NCBI GenBank assembly: GCA_030141605.1
Contig: JAQGDQ010001116.1
Span: forward strand, 1-61,701
Reading direction: 5' to 3'
DNA length: 61,701 nucleotides
DNA from: Tubiluchus corallicola
Lineage: Eukaryota; Animalia; Priapulida
In this document: positions 60,156-61,701 of the stretch, in pieces
Numbering within the stretch: position 1 is the first letter of the stretch
Layout of the letters: each line of letters begins with the position of its first letter
Made by a program: the position numbers and the translations under genes
The notes under the pieces: generated by a model
Seen by the model: only the letters and a program-made list of their open reading frames with translations
What the model was told of the DNA's origin: nothing
The model's database searches: none

Positions 60156-61535
60156 CTAAACTGAACTGAACTGAACTGAACTGAGCTGAGCTGAGCTGAG
60201 CTGAGCTGAGCTGAGCTGAGCTGAGCTGAGCTGAGCTGAGCTGAGCTGAGCTGAGCTGAGCTGAGCTGAGCTGAGCTGAGCTGAGCTGAGCTGAGCTGAG
60301 CTGAGCTGAGCTGAGCTGAGCTGAGCTGAGCTGAGCTGAGCTGAGCTGAGCTGAGCTGAGCTGAGCTGAGCTGAGCTGAGCTGAGCTGAGCTGAGCTGAG
60401 CTGAGCTGAGCTGAGCTGAGCTGAGCTGAGCTGAGCTGAGCTGAGCTGAGCTGAGCTGAACTGAACTGCTGACTGCTGAACTGAACTGAACTGAACTGAG
60501 CTGAGCTGAGCTGAGCTGAGCTGAGCTGAGCTGAGCTGAGCTGAACTGAACTGAACTGAACTGAACTGAACTGAACTGAACTGAACTGAACTGAACTGAA
60601 CTGAACTGAACTGAACTGAACTGAACTGAACTGAACTGAACTGAACTGAACTGAAGTGAAGTGAAGTGAAGTGAAGTGAAGTGAAGTGAAGTGAAGTGAA
60701 GTGGAACTGGAACTGGAACTGGAACTGGAACTGGAACTGGAACTGGAACTGGAACTGGAACTGGAACTGGAACTGGAACTGGAACTGGAACTGGAACTGG
60801 AACTGGAACTGGAACTGGAACTGGAACTGGAACTGGAACTGGAACTGGAACTGGAACTACTGGAACTGGAACTGGAACTGGAACTGGAACTGGAACTGGA
60901 ACTGGAACTGGAACTGGAACTGGAACTGGAACTGGAACTGGAACTGGAACTGGAACTGGAACTGGAACTGGAACTGGAACTGGAACTGGAACTGGAACTG
61001 GAACTGGAACTGGAACTGGAACTGGAACTGGAACTGGAACTGGAACTGGAACTGGAACTGGAACTGGAACTGGAACTGGAACTGGAACTGGAACTGGAAC
61101 TGGAACTGAAGTGAGCTGAGCTGAGCTGAGCTGAGCTGAGCTGAGCTGAGCTGAGCTGAGCTGAGCTGAGCTGAGCTGAGCTGAGCTGAGCTGAGCTGAG
61201 CTGAGCTGAGCTGAGCTGAGCTGAGCTGAGCTGAGCTGAGCTGAGCTGAGCTGAGCTGAGCTGAGCTGAGCTGAGCTGAGCTGAGCTGAGCTGAGCTGAG
61301 CTGAGCTGAGCTGAGCTGAGCTGAGCTGAGCTGAGCTGAGCTGAGCTGAGCTGAGCTGAGCTGAGCTGAGCTGAGCTGAGCTGAGCTGAGCTGAGCTGAG
61401 CTGAGCTGAGCTGAGCTGAGCTGAGCTGAGCTGAGCTGAGCTGAGCTGAGCTGAGCTGAGCTGAGCTGAGCTGAGCTGAGCTGAGCTGAGCTGAGCTGAG
61501 CTGAGCTGAGCTGAACTGAACTGAACTGAACTAAA
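60156..61535. repeat. 1.4-kb compound penta/hexanucleotide satellite (CTGAA, CTGAG, GTGAA, CTGGAA)
   Basis: Seen directly; accounts for the ORFs 60156-61550, 60696-61109 and 60701-61114. Confidence 0.98.
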
Positions 61536-61701
61536 CAGCATGACAGTCACAACTAATGTCTAATCAGCAGATAAACTGATTGCATTTCTTCATAAACCAA
61601 ATTTGCGAAGCAGCAGCTAGTTTTACACGAAATTAACACTTTACTTAGCCAGAAAATGACTTTTCAATTTAAATAGAATGTAGAGACGAAGTTTCAACTG
61701 A

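Noticed and set aside
60156-61550. 464-aa ORF and the WN/EL repeat ORFs
   Set aside because: Satellite translation artefacts.

Overview
AT-rich, repeat-dense eukaryotic DNA, most likely a marine invertebrate and plausibly a lophotrochozoan (inference from gene content and transposon types). I can support three protein-coding genes, all on the + strand. (1) An intronless 462-aa class A neuropeptide GPCR of the vasopressin/GnRH/CCAP receptor superfamily (27174-28562). (2) A spliced Ly6/three-finger protein of the quiver/sleepless type, with a signal peptide and GPI-type tail (38170-44817); its exon 2 to last exon junction is unresolved. (3) A five-exon, 275-aa secreted protein with a PAN/apple-like domain plus a discoidin (FA58C) domain (46656-57932), with all splice phases consistent. 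The rest is TTAA-targeting Kolobok-like MITEs, hAT and Tc1/mariner MITEs, LINE 3' fragments (RTE and CR1/L2-like), SINEs, solo-LTR-like elements, minisatellites and long microsatellites. Most long ORFs in the track are repeat artefacts, and there is no CRISPR array. The most unusual observations are a 54-bp minisatellite that multiplies the splice acceptor of the PAN-FA58C exon 2 into 12 copies, an in-frame TAG and phase paradox in the quiver-like gene, and a degenerate Penelope-type minimal hammerhead ribozyme. No databases were searched; family assignments rest on motifs read by eye.
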